Part shown: one piece after another, positions 48,160 through 56,621 of the stretch | Numbering within the stretch: the first letter of the stretch is position 1 | How the letters are laid out: every line of letters begins with the position of its first letter | Source of the DNA: an uncultured virus (IMG/VR IMGVR_UViG_3300009183_000053) | Taxonomy: Duplodnaviria > Heunggongvirae > Uroviricota > Caudoviricetes | Reading direction: 5' to 3' (one strand) | IMG/VR virus record: IMGVR_UViG_3300009183_000053 | Length of the DNA stretch: 57,431 nucleotides | Made by a program: the position numbers and the translations under genes | The notes under the pieces: model-generated | What the model was told of the DNA's origin: nothing | What the model saw: only the letters and a program-made list of their open reading frames with translations | Database searches by the model: none

Positions 48160-48831
48160 ATGGCACGCACACTCAACGATTTTAAATCAAGTTTTTCTGG
48201 TGATTTGGCTAGAACCAGTAGGTTCGATGTTGAAATACCTCTACCATTAACTTTGGTTCCATATATAAAGTCTGCTCGTAGACTCAATTACAGATGTGAG
48301 GTTGCAAATTTACCTGGCAGAACATTTGCAACCACGGATCAAAAGACTTATGGTCCAGTAGAAAAACATCCATATCTTACAACATACAATGATATTGATT
48401 TGACATTCATTGTTGATGATGACATGCAACAGAGATTGCTTTTTGATGGTTGGTTGAATTACATCAATCCAACATACAATTACAATATGCGTTACAAAGA
48501 AAATTACGCAACAACTTTGACAATCAATCAATACAACGTTTCAAATGAAAAAACATATACCGTCAGTTTGATGGATGCATATCCAGTTTCTATGAATCAG
48601 TTGGATTTAGATTGGAACGGAGATGGATATCATAAACTGACAGTAACATTTGCATACACATATTGGAAAAATTTGTCTCTACAAGCTTTCGGTATGGACC
48701 TTTTGGATGCAGGTTTAGATTCTATTGCAAGTGGAATAGGTGGATTAGGTGGTTCTATTGGAAATGCTGTTTCAAGTGGATTTAGTGGCATAGCAGATTC
48801 AATATCATCACCAATAAATTTTAATGAATGA
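48160..48831 (+). CDS. Tail tube-like / baseplate tail tube initiator (gp19/gp54 family)
   Basis: LAR..RF.V; C....LPG; F..W...I; L..AYP......LDW; L.VTF.Y..W. Confidence 0.75.
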   Translation: MARTLNDFKSSFSGDLARTSRFDVEIPLPLTLVPYIKSARRLNYRCEVANLPGRTFATTDQKTYGPVEKHPYLTTYNDIDLTFIVDDDMQQRLLFDGWLNYINPTYNYNMRYKENYATTLTINQYNVSNEKTYTVSLMDAYPVSMNQLDLDWNGDGYHKLTVTFAYTYWKNLSLQAFGMDLLDAGLDSIASGIGGLGGSIGNAVSSGFSGIADSISSPINFNE

Positions 48832-48845
48832 ACTAAGGAGTTATT

Positions 48846-49571
48846 ATGGCTTTACCAAAACTTGAAGTGCCAACATATGAACTGGAATTACCACTTTCTA
48901 AAAAGAAAATTAAATACAGACCGTATTTAGTCAAAGAACAAAAGGCCTTGATGATGGCCTTAGAATCTTCTGATGCAAAAACAATTCAACATAATGTCAG
49001 AGAAATTTTGACTGTATGTACTTTGTCTAAAGATGTAGACATTGATGAATTGCCGATTGTAGATATTGAATATTATTTCCTACAGTTGAGAGCAAAATCG
49101 GTCAGTGAAATCTCTGAATCAAAGTACCGTTGCAACAATGAAGTCGATGATAAAGTCTGTGGCAACATTATGGAAGCCAAGATTGATTTGACTGAAATAC
49201 AACCAGTACAAGAAGAATATGTGGATCCGGAAATTAAATTGACCGACACAATCACCATCAAGATGAAATATCCACCATTTAAGTTGGTTAAAGATTCTAT
49301 TGATATGGATAACATCACAGAAGTTACCTTCAATATGTTGGCACAGTCAATTGAATATGTTTATGATGGCGAACAATTTCACTATGCAAAAGAAGTTCCT
49401 GTGCAAGAATTGGTTGAGTTTATCGAACAATTGAACCAAGAACAGTTTGAGAAACTGGAGAAATTCTTTAATAGTATTCCTAAACTATCTAAGAAAATTG
49501 ATATGACTTGTTCCAAATGTGGTTTCGAACACCACTTGGATGTGGAAGGGCTCGAAAGTTTTTTCGGCTAA
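48846..49571 (+). CDS. gp26: Baseplate hub assembly protein gp26
   Basis: MALPK...PTYEL.LP...IKYRP.LVKE.K; D.EY.FL.LRAKS; C..CG; GL.SFF. Confidence 0.9.
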   Translation: MALPKLEVPTYELELPLSKKKIKYRPYLVKEQKALMMALESSDAKTIQHNVREILTVCTLSKDVDIDELPIVDIEYYFLQLRAKSVSEISESKYRCNNEVDDKVCGNIMEAKIDLTEIQPVQEEYVDPEIKLTDTITIKMKYPPFKLVKDSIDMDNITEVTFNMLAQSIEYVYDGEQFHYAKEVPVQELVEFIEQLNQEQFEKLEKFFNSIPKLSKKIDMTCSKCGFEHHLDVEGLESFFG

Positions 49572-49756
49572 TACTTTGTTATGATGATTTAAAAAATTAC
49601 TACAAGACTAACTTTTCTTTGATGCAACACCATAAGTATAGTCTTACCGAACTTGAAAATATGATACCTTGGGAACGAGATATCTATGTCGCCATGTTGA
49701 TTCAATATTTGGAAGAAGAAAACCAAAAACTAAAAGAACGACAAAGAAATAAATGA
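49559..49756 (+). CDS. gp51: gp51-like hub assembly catalyst in the -1 frame relative to gp26
   Basis: NYYKTNF.LMQHHKYSL.E.ENM.PWER.IY..L; the first in-frame ATG after the gp26 stop (49622) lies inside the conserved block. Confidence 0.82.
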   Translation, partial: FFRLILCYDDLKNYYKTNFSLMQHHKYSLTELENMIPWERDIYVAMLIQYLEEENQKLKERQRNK

Positions 49757-51501
49757 AGTTATTCGGAAATAAAAAAGAAGGCACAGGCGATAAATCGTCA
49801 AGCCCTGTTGCGTCTGAAAAAACTAAACAATCGGCTGGATTTTTAAAAAGGTCTGTCAATAAAATTGGTGATATTCTGCACAAAAAATTTGGTTCAACAG
49901 AAAAGATAACTGACACCGATTCAATGTCTAACGCCGAATATCTCGGTGAAATTTATAAATTGATGGTGCAAAACAGTGTTGATATAAAATTAGAACGTGA
50001 ACAACAGGTTAACTTTAGAGAGGAAGAAGATTCTGAGGAACAAAAAAGACACTCTGAAATAGTCAAGGCCTTGACTATACGTAGAAGACCGAAACCTAAA
50101 GCAGTTATACGCCGTGAGAAGAAGGCAGAAGAAAAGGCCAAAGAACCGCCTAAGAAAACTGGTGAACCACCTAAGAAACCAGCAGAGCCATCTAAACCAG
50201 CTGAACCTGCAAAGAAACCAGCAGAGCCATCTAAACCAGCTGAACCTGCAAAGAAACCAGCAGAGCCAGCTAAACCAGCTGAAAAAGCCAAAAGAGAAGT
50301 TGATGACGGAGTTAAAAAAGCTGCTGAAGAAAAGGCTAAAAAAGATGCTCAAGAGGCAGCCAAAAAAGCTGCTGAAACCAAAGCCAAAAAAGAAGCTGAG
50401 GAAAAGGCTAAGAAAGCTGCTGAAGAAAAGGCTAAGAAAGCTGCTGAGGAAAAGGCTAAGAAAGAAACAGCAGAAAAATTAAAGAAAGAGGAACAAGAAA
50501 AATTAAAACGTGAGGCTGCGGAGAAAGCTAAATCTGAAAAATTAAAGAAAGATGCAGAACCGGTTAAACCCTCTACTGCAACTCAGAAACCTCCTACACC
50601 ACCTAAGTCGGCTGTTTCTACAGCAGAAAAGATTGGTGCTGGTGCGGCCGTTATTGGAATACTTTCAGGCAGAGAAGCTTTAGCTACCAACATTTCAAAG
50701 TATGAATCTGGAGATAAAGGTTATAATGCATATAATAGAGGTGATTATTTTCTTGCCAAGAAGAACGAAGGTGCATATCTAAAATCAAATAATATAGATT
50801 TTAGTAAAATGACAATCGCTGATTATTTGAAAAGAACAAATAAAAAATTAGATGCTGGTGGCAAATTAGATGCATCTGATCCAAATGTATTATTTGCTGT
50901 TGGTAAATATCAACTTATTCCTGGTACAATGAAAGTCATGGCTGAAAAATTAAAACTTGATCCTGATAAAACATATTTAACACCAGAAATACAAGATATG
51001 TTGTTTGCAAAGGGTCTAACTACCAAAGGTGGTGGAGGTCGATTTGCAGTTGATGATTATATTAACGGAAAAGAAGGAGCAACAAGAGATGCTGCTATAC
51101 TAGCACTTGCAATGGAATTTGCATCTGTTGGTGTTCCTTATGATATAAAAGCAAAAAGTTTATTTAAAAATACATTACCACACGTTGATTTAAAAAAAGG
51201 AGAAACTTTTTATAAAACGCCAGGTGGATTTAATGCAGCACATAATCCACCTGAAGCCGTTGGTGATGCTTTGGATTATGACCGAGCTCAAAAATTAAAT
51301 AAATCTAGTACCACACAATCAGCACCAGCAAATAATACAGGAGTTACAATTAATAATTCTTCTGTAGATAATAAAGATATGAAGAAACAGGACAATCCTG
51401 CGCCAATAAACATACAACAAAATACAACTAATGTAAATAATTCAAACGAATCATCAAACACATCAAAGGTTGATGATAGACCAGCACACCAAAGAAAGTA
51501 A
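49753..51501 (+). CDS. Tape-measure/hub-like protein with Pro/Ala/Lys/Glu linker and lysozyme-like domain
   Basis: YES..GYNAYN; MTI..; AVGKYQ.IP.T; F/L.PE.QD; LA.EFAS resemble lambda-lysozyme-type catalytic domains; position after gp26/gp51. Confidence 0.65.
   Translation: MKLFGNKKEGTGDKSSSPVASEKTKQSAGFLKRSVNKIGDILHKKFGSTEKITDTDSMSNAEYLGEIYKLMVQNSVDIKLEREQQVNFREEEDSEEQKRHSEIVKALTIRRRPKPKAVIRREKKAEEKAKEPPKKTGEPPKKPAEPSKPAEPAKKPAEPSKPAEPAKKPAEPAKPAEKAKREVDDGVKKAAEEKAKKDAQEAAKKAAETKAKKEAEEKAKKAAEEKAKKAAEEKAKKETAEKLKKEEQEKLKREAAEKAKSEKLKKDAEPVKPSTATQKPPTPPKSAVSTAEKIGAGAAVIGILSGREALATNISKYESGDKGYNAYNRGDYFLAKKNEGAYLKSNNIDFSKMTIADYLKRTNKKLDAGGKLDASDPNVLFAVGKYQLIPGTMKVMAEKLKLDPDKTYLTPEIQDMLFAKGLTTKGGGGRFAVDDYINGKEGATRDAAILALAMEFASVGVPYDIKAKSLFKNTLPHVDLKKGETFYKTPGGFNAAHNPPEAVGDALDYDRAQKLNKSSTTQSAPANNTGVTINNSSVDNKDMKKQDNPAPINIQQNTTNVNNSNESSNTSKVDDRPAHQRK
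50173..50283 (+). repeat. 39-bp tandem repeat, about 2.8 copies (KKPAEPSKPAEPA)
   Basis: aagaaaccagcagagcca.. at 50173, 50212 and 50251. Confidence 0.9.
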
Positions 51502-51504
51502 AAA

Positions 51505-52944
51505 ATGGCAGATAATAAACTAAATTATCAACAGGCTAGAAGTGTCAGAAAAGCAAAATTTTCCGACATATTGCTTGACCAACTAGCACAAAGCGATAGA
51601 AGTGTACTTGGTGCTGTTGGTAAAACCATTTCGATGAAAGGTCAGGCTAGAATTAAAGGCATTAAAGAGAAATTTGATCCTTTGAATATCATAAGATTTA
51701 TGACTATGGGATCCAGATTTGGTCCCGCTTTGTTTGGTAAAATGACTGGTCGTAATCAAAAAGATATTGACTATTTTACTGGCCGTACTAAAAGTGTTGT
51801 TGGCACCAGAAACACCGCAGATAGATTAAAGAAAGTTGGTGGTGACGGTGATTCAGAAGGCATCAATCAACAATTAGCAAAAATATTTTCTTTCCTACAA
51901 AATAATCGTGAAGAAGATATTAAGTTAAAACAATTGGCTAAAAATTCTGAGGAAGAAATTGCCTTGGAAAAAGGTAAACGCCATAAAGAATTGATTGATA
52001 CACTACAGAAGTTAATGAAACATATTAATTCTGGTGGTAAAATGACTGCTGAACCAATGGAAAAAACTTCAATGTTTGGCAACATATGGGATAATATCAA
52101 GGGTTTGGCTGAGATGATGGGTGAAATGCGAAAATTCATGTTTGATATGGCAAAAAGAATAGGCATGCCAATTTCTAAAGGCCTTTTGTCGGCTGGTAAA
52201 TTTGGTTTACGTATGTTACCAACTGTCGCTGCGGCCGCCGTGGTTGGAACAGCTATTCTTGGCGCTGATTATCTTGCTCGTGAGTATCTTGGTGTTGGAA
52301 AAAATGCAGACGGAACTGATATTGTAATTGATGAGAAACAAGATGAAGAAAACTGGAATAAAATGAATGCAGCTGAAAAGTTTGAATCCAGTATTGCAAG
52401 AGCTATAGAACAAGCCGGCGATATACTTTCACCAAATGCAGCACTTGAAGCGAGAGCTGCGAGAATAAAAAACGAAACTGAGTATCTAAAAAAGAAAGAA
52501 CAAGGAACTGCAACAAGAGTGGAACCAGAAGCACCAGAAGATATGATGTTTGATCCTGAAGGTAATTTGATACCTTTGCCACCAAATAAGTATCAATCTT
52601 CACCTGTTACAATGCCAGAAAAACCTGCTGTCGTACCACAAGCACCAGCAAATATGGAATTTGATGCTGAAGGTGGATTAATACCCTCGCCTGTACAAAC
52701 TAAACCAGTACCTGTACCTGCGATACCAAAGTCTGCACCCGTTTCATCACTATCAAATACCAATTCTGATTTGAATTTACCTAAACCTGCCGCATCAAAT
52801 GATATGAAACCTATCATTAACAAGACAGTAAACAATCTCTCACAGAAGCAGGAAAGAACTGGATTAAGACCTAGTCAAATATCTGTGCGTAATGATGAAC
52901 CAACGTTCATGCAATTGATTATTCAATCAACAAGAGTTGTTTAA
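51505..52944 (+). CDS. Second tape-measure-like protein, partial paralogue of 49753..51501
   Basis: Helical; hydrophobic segment LPTVAAAAVVGTAILGA; Pro-rich tail; shared K.RH.E...L motif. Confidence 0.55.
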   Translation: MADNKLNYQQARSVRKAKFSDILLDQLAQSDRSVLGAVGKTISMKGQARIKGIKEKFDPLNIIRFMTMGSRFGPALFGKMTGRNQKDIDYFTGRTKSVVGTRNTADRLKKVGGDGDSEGINQQLAKIFSFLQNNREEDIKLKQLAKNSEEEIALEKGKRHKELIDTLQKLMKHINSGGKMTAEPMEKTSMFGNIWDNIKGLAEMMGEMRKFMFDMAKRIGMPISKGLLSAGKFGLRMLPTVAAAAVVGTAILGADYLAREYLGVGKNADGTDIVIDEKQDEENWNKMNAAEKFESSIARAIEQAGDILSPNAALEARAARIKNETEYLKKKEQGTATRVEPEAPEDMMFDPEGNLIPLPPNKYQSSPVTMPEKPAVVPQAPANMEFDAEGGLIPSPVQTKPVPVPAIPKSAPVSSLSNTNSDLNLPKPAASNDMKPIINKTVNNLSQKQERTGLRPSQISVRNDEPTFMQLIIQSTRVV

Positions 52945-52948
52945 CCAA

Positions 52949-52972
52949 TAAAAAACCCCGCCGAAGCGGGGC
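52949..52972 (-). terminator. Rho-independent terminator with C(UUCG)G tetraloop after gp32
   Basis: Minus strand CCCCGC-TTCG-GCGGGG-TTTTTT at the convergent junction. Confidence 0.9.
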
Positions 52973-52992
52973 CTAAACGGTCAGAGAATCGT

Positions 52993-53874
52993 TTAATCTT
53001 CAGCCAACTTGGCAAAGTATTCCATATCGTCATCATCAGTAGCTGCGATATCAACTTCAACTGGCTTCTTAGGTGCAGCCTTAGCTTGTTCAACTGTGGT
53101 ACGTGCTCGTGGAGCATCACCTTCATCATTCAAACCAAGTACTTTATCCAAACGTGTTTTCAACATATCATAAGACTTGAATTCTTTGTCAGCCGTCAAC
53201 TCAGTCAATGAGAATTGTGACTTCCAAATTTTCTCCAACTTCTCATCGTCATCCAACAATGCAGATGGTGATGTGAATTCAGACTTATCATAGTTTTGAT
53301 AACCCGCAACTTTAGTGATACGCAACTTAAAGTTAGCACCTTTCCACAAATCAAACGGATTGATTGGTGTTTCATCTTCAAATGCAGGATTCATTGCACC
53401 TGTAACCTTCTCAAAAATCTTGGCACCAAACTTGAACAATTTAACTTGTCCTTCGTTCTCTGGATGCTTAGGATCAGAGATGATATAAACGTTAGCAATG
53501 TAACTTAGTTTGCGTTTTTGTTTACGAACAATATCTTTGTTCGCTTCAATGCCTGAGTTCCACAATTTGTTGTTGTGTTCACATACAGGACATTGTTGGT
53601 TCTTGGTTGTTAAACACTTGTCGATTAACCAACCACCAGGACCTTGAAATCCATGTTCGAAAATCTTAGCCCAAGGAAGACCATCTTCACCATCAACTGC
53701 TGCTGCGGGTAGAAAACGAATCGTAGCCATGCCGTTACCAGCTTTGTCTACTTCTGGTCGCCAAAAGTTTTCTTTATCGGATTTACCTTCAGTGGAGGCG
53801 TTGAGCTCTGCCACTTTTGCTTTCAATGTGTCCAGATTGCCTGAACTTTTTTTAAGATTTGAAAAATCTACCAT
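52993..53874 (-). CDS. gp32: Single-stranded DNA-binding protein gp32
   Basis: FW.P..DK.GNG.A.IRFLP; HGFQGPGGW; CPVCE; G.V.L.KFG.KIF; NPFD.W.GANF; NYD.SEF; acidic tail. Confidence 0.96.
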   Translation of the reverse strand: MVDFSNLKKSSGNLDTLKAKVAELNASTEGKSDKENFWRPEVDKAGNGMATIRFLPAAAVDGEDGLPWAKIFEHGFQGPGGWLIDKCLTTKNQQCPVCEHNNKLWNSGIEANKDIVRKQKRKLSYIANVYIISDPKHPENEGQVKLFKFGAKIFEKVTGAMNPAFEDETPINPFDLWKGANFKLRITKVAGYQNYDKSEFTSPSALLDDDEKLEKIWKSQFSLTELTADKEFKSYDMLKTRLDKVLGLNDEGDAPRARTTVEQAKAAPKKPVEVDIAATDDDDMEYFAKLAED

Positions 53875-53888
53875 GATTTACCTTTCTA

Positions 53889-53921
53889 GTATAAACGGAA
53901 TATTAACGGAGTATAAACGGA
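53889..53921 (-). promoter_or_regulatory. Three tandem 11-nt repeats in the gp32 leader (putative translational operator)
   Basis: Minus strand TCCGTTTATAC / TCCGTTAATAT / TCCGTTTATAC directly before the GAAAGG RBS. Confidence 0.6.
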
Positions 53922-53951
53922 TTGTCCACATAGTTCATTATATCATATTAT

Positions 53952-54446
53952 TTAGGCATCGTCAAGTATAAACTTCAACTGTACCAAGGTGTCCGCAACA
54001 TTCTTATGTAAGATTGCCACTCCACCTGCAGCACGCCAATCATCAATAACACTCTCTGTATCATCAATGATTAACGTATCTGTTCTTGCATATCTTTTCT
54101 TTAGTTCCTTACCTGGAACCAAGTTACGTTGGAAGTCAATACCCTGCGTTTCCAACCATTTAATCTTTTGTTCAGAGATTGCTTTGTGTCTTTTCTCACT
54201 TGCTGTGGAGGACAGAATCTGAGTTGGTGGTAATGCATTGCGTAATGCACGAACTAAATCCATTGCATCAGGCATCAAATCAAGTGTTTCAAAGTGTCCA
54301 TCAGCAATAAACTTATCAAAAAATTTATTGAATTCTTTATATTCTCTGGTTGAACTAGGCTGAACTTTAAATAATTCAACGTATCTCTTTTCAAAGTCGG
54401 CAATAACGCCATCCATATCCAAGTAGATGCAATTAATTTTAGGCAT
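53952..54446 (-). CDS. HAD-superfamily 5'(3')-deoxyribonucleotidase-like protein
   Basis: IYLDMDGVIADF; ILSS; K.KW; LIIDD...I..W...GG..I.H. Confidence 0.85.
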   Translation of the reverse strand: MPKINCIYLDMDGVIADFEKRYVELFKVQPSSTREYKEFNKFFDKFIADGHFETLDLMPDAMDLVRALRNALPPTQILSSTASEKRHKAISEQKIKWLETQGIDFQRNLVPGKELKKRYARTDTLIIDDTESVIDDWRAAGGVAILHKNVADTLVQLKFILDDA

Positions 54447-55047
54447 GTTCTCTCAAACTTTCTTTTAAAATTGTCTTAAACTTATCTTTATCATAAACAA
54501 GAAACGGTGTGTACTTTTCAATTTTTCTTTTCAATGTAGGCCAAATAACATCATCTGTTATTTTTTTGTTCCACATTGGTAAGAAATTCATAATGTCATT
54601 AAGTATACACACCGTCTCAATGTTAATGTTGCCATAAGTCATCTCTCTCAACAGCAATGGATATTGTCCGTCTACAACTACTAACATTTCATTAGGCGAT
54701 TGTGTTGCTGTGAATAGACCTATTATATCTTGTTCGAATCGGTATGTCAAGCTCTGGTTTCTTTTTTGCCATTTCTTGTAGTTTTCTTCACCTTCGATAC
54801 CACATATATCTCCTACCCAATTCACATTGGTTTCTAGGAAATTGGCAATATAAAAAGTACGTAATTCATCTATGTTGTACTTCCGTGATAACTTGTAAAA
54901 AGAATACTTGGCTTTATTGTTTGCAAAGTTGTCCTTTGATACGTTGGTCTTTCCGTTGTAACGAAAAAAATCGTAAGAATCAGAAGTAAAATGAAGTTTA
55001 ATGCTTTGATATAGGGCATACGCTTCAAATCCTGTCGTTTCGGTCAT
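54439..55047 (-). CDS. gp59: Helicase loader gp59
   Basis: GFEAY..Y..IKLHF....YD.F.Y.GK; F.KL..KY; IET...L; KY.PFL. Confidence 0.88.
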   Translation of the reverse strand: MTETTGFEAYALYQSIKLHFTSDSYDFFRYNGKTNVSKDNFANNKAKYSFYKLSRKYNIDELRTFYIANFLETNVNWVGDICGIEGEENYKKWQKRNQSLTYRFEQDIIGLFTATQSPNEMLVVVDGQYPLLLREMTYGNINIETVCILNDIMNFLPMWNKKITDDVIWPTLKRKIEKYTPFLVYDKDKFKTILKESLREHA

Positions 55048-55265
55048 AGAGGCAATTTAGAACTTTTCTTCAATAGGTTTAGGTCTTGTGCTTCTTCTCT
55101 AATCTTTGCTTTCAATGCACTAGAGACTAAAGAAGAAGCCACATCGACTTCCATGCCTGTTTGTTCACAATGATGTATGATTGCATCCATATGGGTACCA
55201 CCCAATTCACTGACGTTTTTACTAATCATTTCACTAAATTCATTAATTTCGGTTTTTGTTGGCAC
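55044..55265 (-). CDS. gp33: Late transcription co-activator gp33 (likely GTG start at 55265)
   Basis: F...I......MDAI...C.......V..L.S..LK.KI..EA..LNLL; synteny with gp59 and gp32. Confidence 0.82.
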   Translation of the reverse strand: MPTKTEINEFSEMISKNVSELGGTHMDAIIHHCEQTGMEVDVASSLVSSALKAKIREEAQDLNLLKKSSKLPL

Positions 55266-55267
55266 TT

Positions 55268-55756
55268 TTAAGCTTTCGTATAGAACAGATGATTTCCAAT
55301 TTTTGCAACATACTTTAATCTCCACGCCGGATTTACCGATGTGTTATGATAGAACATTGATTTCGTTTTGTATATTGTATCATGTAAGTGATTTTCTGTC
55401 AAGGCTTTTCTTGCGACAATTAGGCATTCTTCCCATGCATACTTACTTCTAACAGGACCGACATTCTCACCAACCCAACTGAATTGGTATGTACTGCCCG
55501 TTTTTTGGTATACCACTTCACAAATTGTTTTAGGATAAAGTGGATTATTCACACGATTCATTGTTACTTGCGCTACTGCTAATTTACCTTCATACGATTC
55601 ACTTGCGGCTTCATAGTAAATGTTTTTGGCCATGCAAAGTAATTGTTTATTTAAATCCTGTGAAACCACTCTTTCTATTGGAATTGCTTGTTCTTGGGAT
55701 GTTAAAGGTAAAATCAATAATGATAAAGAAAATAATAAAGTTGATAAAAACTTCAT
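55268..55756 (-). CDS. SleB-like cell wall hydrolase (Hydrolase_2) with signal peptide/anchor
   Basis: CMA.NIYYEA..E...G..AVA.VT.NRV...P.TICEVVYQ..QFSW; YH...V.P.W; IG.H.FY. Confidence 0.9.
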   Translation of the reverse strand: MKFLSTLLFSLSLLILPLTSQEQAIPIERVVSQDLNKQLLCMAKNIYYEAASESYEGKLAVAQVTMNRVNNPLYPKTICEVVYQKTGSTYQFSWVGENVGPVRSKYAWEECLIVARKALTENHLHDTIYKTKSMFYHNTSVNPAWRLKYVAKIGNHLFYTKA

Positions 55757-55800
55757 TGGTACTCCTTGTGTGTGTAAAGGGGGATAACCCCCCTTAATCC

Positions 55801-56079
55801 TCAGGTAGTTTTTCTGGTAACCTTGACTTCGGGTACTACAGGTGAATTAGACACAAAACTATTTAAAGATGTAGCTTTGCTAATAATGTCTGTTTCTGAG
55901 GGGATGGTCGGCAATCCTGGATGTTCAGGTGGTATTTCACCTTTAGACCTTGCCGTTTCGCATTTGATGTGCCAGTCTTGTTGTAGACGGTCTCGTTCTG
56001 CGTTGTATGAATCATATAACATGTCTCTTGCCATTTTTAATAGTTCAAGACGGATTTCAAAGGGTGTCATGTTTGACAT
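55801..56079 (-). CDS. Conserved hypothetical phage protein
   Basis: TPFEIRLELLKMA.DML..P....II.KA..LN.FVS; strong AAGGAG RBS. Confidence 0.75.
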   Translation of the reverse strand: MSNMTPFEIRLELLKMARDMLYDSYNAERDRLQQDWHIKCETARSKGEIPPEHPGLPTIPSETDIISKATSLNSFVSNSPVVPEVKVTRKTT

Positions 56080-56148
56080 AGTTTTCTCCTTGTGTTGTGT
56101 AAGTGTGTTGGTGGATTATTTAAATGGGTCCCACCGAACCCATATACT

Positions 56149-56156
56149 TATTTATA
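56149..56156 (-). promoter_or_regulatory. T4-type late promoter TATAAATA
   Basis: Exact T4 consensus 70 bp upstream of the 92-aa gene. Confidence 0.75.
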
Positions 56157-56160
56157 CGTA

Positions 56161-56613
56161 TTAGAAACCTACTTTGATTCCGGCAGTAACGATGTTGCCG
56201 TTGAATGAATCAACACGGGTTTGGCCATATTGACGGTCTACTGACAAACCAGCAGTTACGTTCTTTGCAACTGGAACGCTTGCACCAGCACCTACTGTCA
56301 ATGCTGAACCATCTGAACCTGTATTGTTATTCAACCAAGCATAACCAACACGACCATTCAATGATACTGGTCCTACTTTAAAAACATCCTTGCTAGCAAC
56401 CAAACTGAAACGATTTTGGTCATTAGATTCACGATAGAAACGTGATACACCAGCTGTTAGGTTATATTCACCAAAATTTTCACCAATAGTAACACCATAA
56501 CCATAACGGTCAGGATTAAGTGAAGTTTGGCCAACTGCCGTAACTCCAACTTCGATTGCTGATGCGGAAACTGCGGCCAAAGCCAACAAAGATGCGATTG
56601 CTAATTTTTTCAT
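56161..56613 (-). CDS. Small outer-membrane beta-barrel protein (OmpA-like/Ail-Lom-type)
   Basis: Signal peptide MKKLAIASLLALAAVSASA; about 8 amphipathic beta strands; terminal Phe (GIKVGF). Confidence 0.85.
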   Translation of the reverse strand: MKKLAIASLLALAAVSASAIEVGVTAVGQTSLNPDRYGYGVTIGENFGEYNLTAGVSRFYRESNDQNRFSLVASKDVFKVGPVSLNGRVGYAWLNNNTGSDGSALTVGAGASVPVAKNVTAGLSVDRQYGQTRVDSFNGNIVTAGIKVGF

Positions 56614-56621
56614 TAAAACTC

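Noticed and set aside
49953..50482. Alternative-frame ORFs over the KPAEP/KAAEE repeats
   Set aside because: Open frames are a by-product of low-complexity repeats
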